Shown: positions 60,464 to 64,000 of the stretch, one piece after another | Layout: each line of letters begins with the position of its first letter | Position numbering within the stretch: the first letter of the stretch is position 1 | Assembly: GCA_965140785.1 (NCBI GenBank) | Contig: OZ223484.1 | Span: 1-64,000 of the forward strand | Source of the DNA: an uncultured Ruficoccus sp. | GTDB taxonomy: Bacteria; Verrucomicrobiota; Verrucomicrobiia; Opitutales; Cerasicoccaceae | Direction of reading: 5' to 3' | DNA length: 64,000 nt | Notes under the pieces: model-generated | Seen by the model: the letters and a program-made list of their open reading frames with translations, nothing else | Database searches by the model: none | What the model was told of the DNA's origin: nothing | Program-made: the position numbers and the translations under genes

Positions 60464-61315
60464 CTAGTTGTGAGACCGCTTGCGGCGTGCGAGTCCGAGG
60501 CAAAGCAATCCCACTGTGCCGGCGATCAGGCCGGTCGTTCCAGGCTCGGGAATGGCTGTGCTCACCTCGATATTGCTATAGGTTAACGCACCGTTGGCTC
60601 CCCCTGCATACATGGAGATCATGTCGAACGTAAGGTTGCCAGGAGACGTGTCGGTATAGGTGAGCGTGCGGCCGTTGATGCTGGAGGTAACGATCAGCTC
60701 GTCGTCGATGGTACGGGTAAGCGTGAGCGTAGCGGTATAGGTTGTATCGGCTGAGGTCGGACCTGATCCGTCGGGATCCGCGGCCAGCGTGCCGGGAAAG
60801 GCACTCGAGCTCCAGAGCGTGTCATTGGTAGCGGTACGCTCTTCCAGCGTGTACGTACCGCCTTCCTCAGAAATCAAATAGGAGTAAACGCCGTAGCCAA
60901 GGTCGCTATTGAATGCCGGATCGGTGGTGCCGCCATCAGCGCTCACCTTGGAGCCATTGGAATTGAACAGGCCGAAGCGAAAGTGATTCGTGATAGTCGT
61001 GCTTGCGCCAATATCATAGGAGAAGTCGAAGGAGAAGGTCATCGTTTCTTCCACCCCGATGGTGGTGGGGGTGAAGTAGGTCACGACGTAGCCGTTGCCG
61101 GATCCGGTCGAGTTACCGACCGTCCACGCGTTTGAGGCGACGGAATCCACCCGGTCAGACGTCAAATTGGTCCGCCAGTACCAGGCAGGGTCAGAGGTGC
61201 GGTTACCGTTGGAGAATGTATCATCAATCAAGGGCGCGGCTTGGCCCGGGCAGGCCGCAAGGGCGAGCATCCCGAGCGTGAGGATCAGGGAGATATGGGT
61301 AGAATGTTTTTTCAT
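60464..61315 (-). CDS. PEP-CTERM surface protein
   Basis: Signal peptide; IPEPGTTGLIAGTVGLLCLGLARRKR. Confidence 0.9.
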   Translation of the reverse strand: MKKHSTHISLILTLGMLALAACPGQAAPLIDDTFSNGNRTSDPAWYWRTNLTSDRVDSVASNAWTVGNSTGSGNGYVVTYFTPTTIGVEETMTFSFDFSYDIGASTTITNHFRFGLFNSNGSKVSADGGTTDPAFNSDLGYGVYSYLISEEGGTYTLEERTATNDTLWSSSAFPGTLAADPDGSGPTSADTTYTATLTLTRTIDDELIVTSSINGRTLTYTDTSPGNLTFDMISMYAGGANGALTYSNIEVSTAIPEPGTTGLIAGTVGLLCLGLARRKRSHN

Positions 61316-61363
61316 GAAGTTCAGGTTACGTTCAACCCGGCAAACCCGTCAAACCGCGCGAGG

Positions 61364-61376
61364 TGTTACCCGTAAT
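61364..61376. promoter_or_regulatory. Candidate LacI operator TGTTACCCGTAAT upstream of the PEP-CTERM gene
   Basis: Exact 13-mer repeat, quasi-palindromic TTAC-CC-GTAA. Confidence 0.75.
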
Positions 61377-61458
61377 CCTGCAATAGGGAACGCCCATATA
61401 AATAGACCTTCAACCATTGAGAAGATCTGTTGAAGGCGTGTGGTGACTCACACTAAAG

Positions 61459-62487
61459 CTAAGCCTTTTCTCGCTTCATGGGCAACAGGGAGGCCCCCTC
61501 CTCCCAGGTGGTATCGACGGAAACGACCTTGGGCACGTCAGGGATACCGCGCTCGTTGCGCTGGAGTTGATCGATGACTAAATCCACGAGCGCCGAACCG
61601 ATAGACACATAATCACGACGGATGTGAGCCAGCCCGGGAATCACCGTATCGGAAAACACCTGCACCACCCCCATGGCTTCCGGGATTTGGATGCGGCGCT
61701 TGCGCAGCCACTGATGCATCACGGGCTCTGTGATCAAAATGGCATCGGGGCAGGTCGCCTCCAGCCAGCCGTCGAAGGCTTTCTCATCAAATCCCTCCAG
61801 GTAGCAGGGATCAATCCGGTGCTCTGGCTCCTGGAGAAATTGCCACCCCAGGTAACTGCCAAGAATAGCGTGGTTGGTCTGCTGGTCCGTTCTGCGACGG
61901 ATGACCAGTCCAATGCGCCGGTAGCCGCGGTGGCGCAAGAGTCGCAGGACAAGAGAAAGCGTCTGGGAATGATTACTGGCCACCCGATGAAAATCGGGCC
62001 GGGCCAGAGTATAGCCAAGCGTGGCTACGGCATAACGATCCCAGATCAGCCGAAGATGACTCAGTGGGCGCAGGGTTCCGATGATCAGACCATGGACCCC
62101 CCGGGCGAGAAGCACCTGATCCAAGCGATGCCATGTCATCTTGGGTTGACTTATCCAGATCGGGCTGAGGCCGTAACCTCTTTCCGTTGCCCGGTCTTCC
62201 GCACCGTTGAACACGTGTCCGAGGAAGTTTTTCCGCCAGCTGTTTTCGTTGGTACCCGCTGTCAGAAAGGCGATAAAGGGGCGTTGGCGGGGAGGATGCG
62301 CGGCCCGCAATTGCGCCATATGAGCGGCAATCAGAGGGTTGGGACGATAGCCGATTTGCTCGGCGATGGCCCGGACCTTCTCTGCCGTGGCAACGGAGAT
62401 AGCGCGGTCGTTGCGCAAGACCCGGGAGACAGTCATGCGGCTAACACCGGCCAATTCGGCAATCGTTTTAAGGGTAGGAGCCGACAT
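61459..62487 (-). CDS. LacI family transcriptional regulator
   Basis: TLKTIAELAGVSRMTVSRVL HTH; GYRPNP. Confidence 0.92.
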   Translation of the reverse strand: MSAPTLKTIAELAGVSRMTVSRVLRNDRAISVATAEKVRAIAEQIGYRPNPLIAAHMAQLRAAHPPRQRPFIAFLTAGTNENSWRKNFLGHVFNGAEDRATERGYGLSPIWISQPKMTWHRLDQVLLARGVHGLIIGTLRPLSHLRLIWDRYAVATLGYTLARPDFHRVASNHSQTLSLVLRLLRHRGYRRIGLVIRRRTDQQTNHAILGSYLGWQFLQEPEHRIDPCYLEGFDEKAFDGWLEATCPDAILITEPVMHQWLRKRRIQIPEAMGVVQVFSDTVIPGLAHIRRDYVSIGSALVDLVIDQLQRNERGIPDVPKVVSVDTTWEEGASLLPMKREKA

Positions 62488-62502
62488 GATTATGCGGATA
62501 GA

Positions 62503-62515
62503 ATTACGGGTAACA
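62503..62515. promoter_or_regulatory. Candidate autoregulatory operator ATTACGGGTAACA
   Basis: Reverse complement of TGTTACCCGTAAT, 15 bp upstream of the lacI ATG. Confidence 0.75.
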
Positions 62516-62891
62516 TATAGGCCGTCTTGCCCATGTCAATTCTCCGAGAACAATCCGCTTCCAACCTGATGCTGTAAACGAGCCTCCAGCGTGTAGGTAT
62601 TTATCGGTTGGAACCAGGCACAGAGAAAGAAGATTACCGAGATGTTAAAATAATAAAAACCAGGGTGAAGAACCGATCATCGATGCACTTCACCGAGTTA
62701 CAGGCAACAGTTTGTTGCGCACCCGCTTTTCACTCTGTTTTCGGTCTTCTTTTCTAGTCACTCAGCCTCGCGCATCGGCCTCACGCAATGACGCACATAC
62801 ACACCGACAAAGAGGAAGCCTGTGTTCCGATTTCATCGTGATCGATGACGCTCCCCTTTTCGACAAACCCGAACCTGGCTAGTGTTGTCCT

Positions 62892-63935
62892 ATGAAGTTA
62901 CCCGAGAAATCTCCGGCCATTCTGTTTCACGGCCCGGATGACATCCGCATCCAGGACGTGCAGCTCCCGCCGCTCGGTGACGAGGACGTCGCCGTGCGCA
63001 CGCGCTACACCATGGTGTCCACCGGCACCGAGTTGAGAGCCCTGAGCGGCTTTTATAAAAGCGTCCCCTTCCCCTTTATCCCCGGCTACTCAAGCGTCGG
63101 CGAGGTCGTGGCCTGCGGCAAGGACGCCAGCGGCTACCGGCCCGGCGACCTCGTGTCCTGCCGCAACGCGAATCCGTTTCCGGAAACAAATATCTGCTGG
63201 GGCGGGCAGGTCGGCTACCATCTGCACAACGTCAAGGACCCCGAGAGCAAGCCGGTCCTCCTGCCCGAGGGAGCCGATCCGCTCGACTACGTCGGGACGG
63301 AGGTCGGCGCGATCAGCCTGCGTGGCGTGAAGTCGGCCCAGCCGCAAGCCGGGCAAACGGCGGTCGTGATCGGGCTGGGCGTTATCGGCGCATACGCCGC
63401 GGCCTGGCTCCAGCAAGCCGGCTGCCGCGTTATCGTGAGCGACTTGAGCCCGAGCCGCCTGAAGCGGATAGCCGCCTGGGGGCCGACGCCCGTTCTCGGC
63501 GGCAACCTCGACTCCGAGGCGCGCCTGCGGGAACGGATGGGTGAAGGCGCCGATATCGTGGTGGAGTGCTCTGGCTCCATGATCGGGCTCGCCCTGGCCA
63601 CTCGTCTGACGCGTGCCGTGCCCGAGAGGTCGCAAACATCCATGCTGCAACATCGCGGCCGCTGGCCCAAACTGCTACTGCAGGCCACCTACCGCGAACC
63701 TGTCTCCTTCTCCAAACTGCCCGGCGAAGGTGTCATCCTGCTCACGCCCAAGGACCGGAGCGTGGAAGACCGTCTCGACACCATTGAGGCCATCCGCACC
63801 GGAAAACTCTGTGCCGCCAACTTCCGTGACCGCGTCGTCCCTTACCGCGAAGCACCCGCGCACTACCTGGCCGTACGGGATAATCCCGACGCGGTTTTCT
63901 CCCTCGTCTTTGATTGGGCCGATCTCAACAGCTAA
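62892..63935 (+). CDS. Medium-chain dehydrogenase/reductase (Zn-ADH-like fold)
   Basis: VSTGTE, PGYSSVGEV, GLGVIG; usual Zn-ligand Cys/His residues not evident. Confidence 0.85.
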   Translation: MKLPEKSPAILFHGPDDIRIQDVQLPPLGDEDVAVRTRYTMVSTGTELRALSGFYKSVPFPFIPGYSSVGEVVACGKDASGYRPGDLVSCRNANPFPETNICWGGQVGYHLHNVKDPESKPVLLPEGADPLDYVGTEVGAISLRGVKSAQPQAGQTAVVIGLGVIGAYAAAWLQQAGCRVIVSDLSPSRLKRIAAWGPTPVLGGNLDSEARLRERMGEGADIVVECSGSMIGLALATRLTRAVPERSQTSMLQHRGRWPKLLLQATYREPVSFSKLPGEGVILLTPKDRSVEDRLDTIEAIRTGKLCAANFRDRVVPYREAPAHYLAVRDNPDAVFSLVFDWADLNS

Positions 63936-63950
63936 ACGGAGCACACGACC

Positions 63951-64000
63951 ATGAATACACTACGACTCGGCATCGTCGGCATGGGCGTCATGGGGCGCAA
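63951..64000 (+). CDS. Start of a probable Gfo/Idh/MocA oxidoreductase (partial)
   Basis: MNTLRLGIVGMGVMGR Rossmann start. Confidence 0.65.
   Translation, partial: MNTLRLGIVGMGVMGR

Overview
GC-rich bacterial window. Four PEP-CTERM proteins, three H-X9-DG-type pseudopilins, a giant PilX-like protein and several LacI regulators point to Verrucomicrobiota, probably Opitutia (inference). Left to right: (1) a MoxR/DUF58/BatA-vWA operon; (2) a giant PilX/GspK-like gene with a low-GC central block; (3) a beta-1,3-glucan (laminarin-type) utilisation locus (TPR, LacI, GH158-like, GH149-like phosphorylase, GPH permease, GH30, PEP-CTERM, SSS) sharing one operator motif; (4) tRNA-Leu and housekeeping genes, including a dehydrogenase with a histone-H1-like tail, a mini-kinase/PP2C pair and GSII with a sigma54 promoter plus a candidate sRNA; (5) a heme locus with Fur-like boxes (pseudopilin, two paralogous surface proteins, hemS, hmuTUV); (6) tRNA-Ser followed by a lower-GC patch (redoxin, kinase remnant, fabA/fabF, RRM, desaturase); (7) two paralogous LacI/PEP-CTERM/pseudopilin/GH39-like glycan modules. 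Main hypothesis: none of the four uptake loci contains a TonB-dependent receptor or SusC/D, yet each carries a pilin-like gene and a PEP-CTERM gene, suggesting a pilus/PEP-CTERM substrate-capture system. About seven single-base frameshifts look like assembly errors. Family assignments come from remembered motifs, not database searches.
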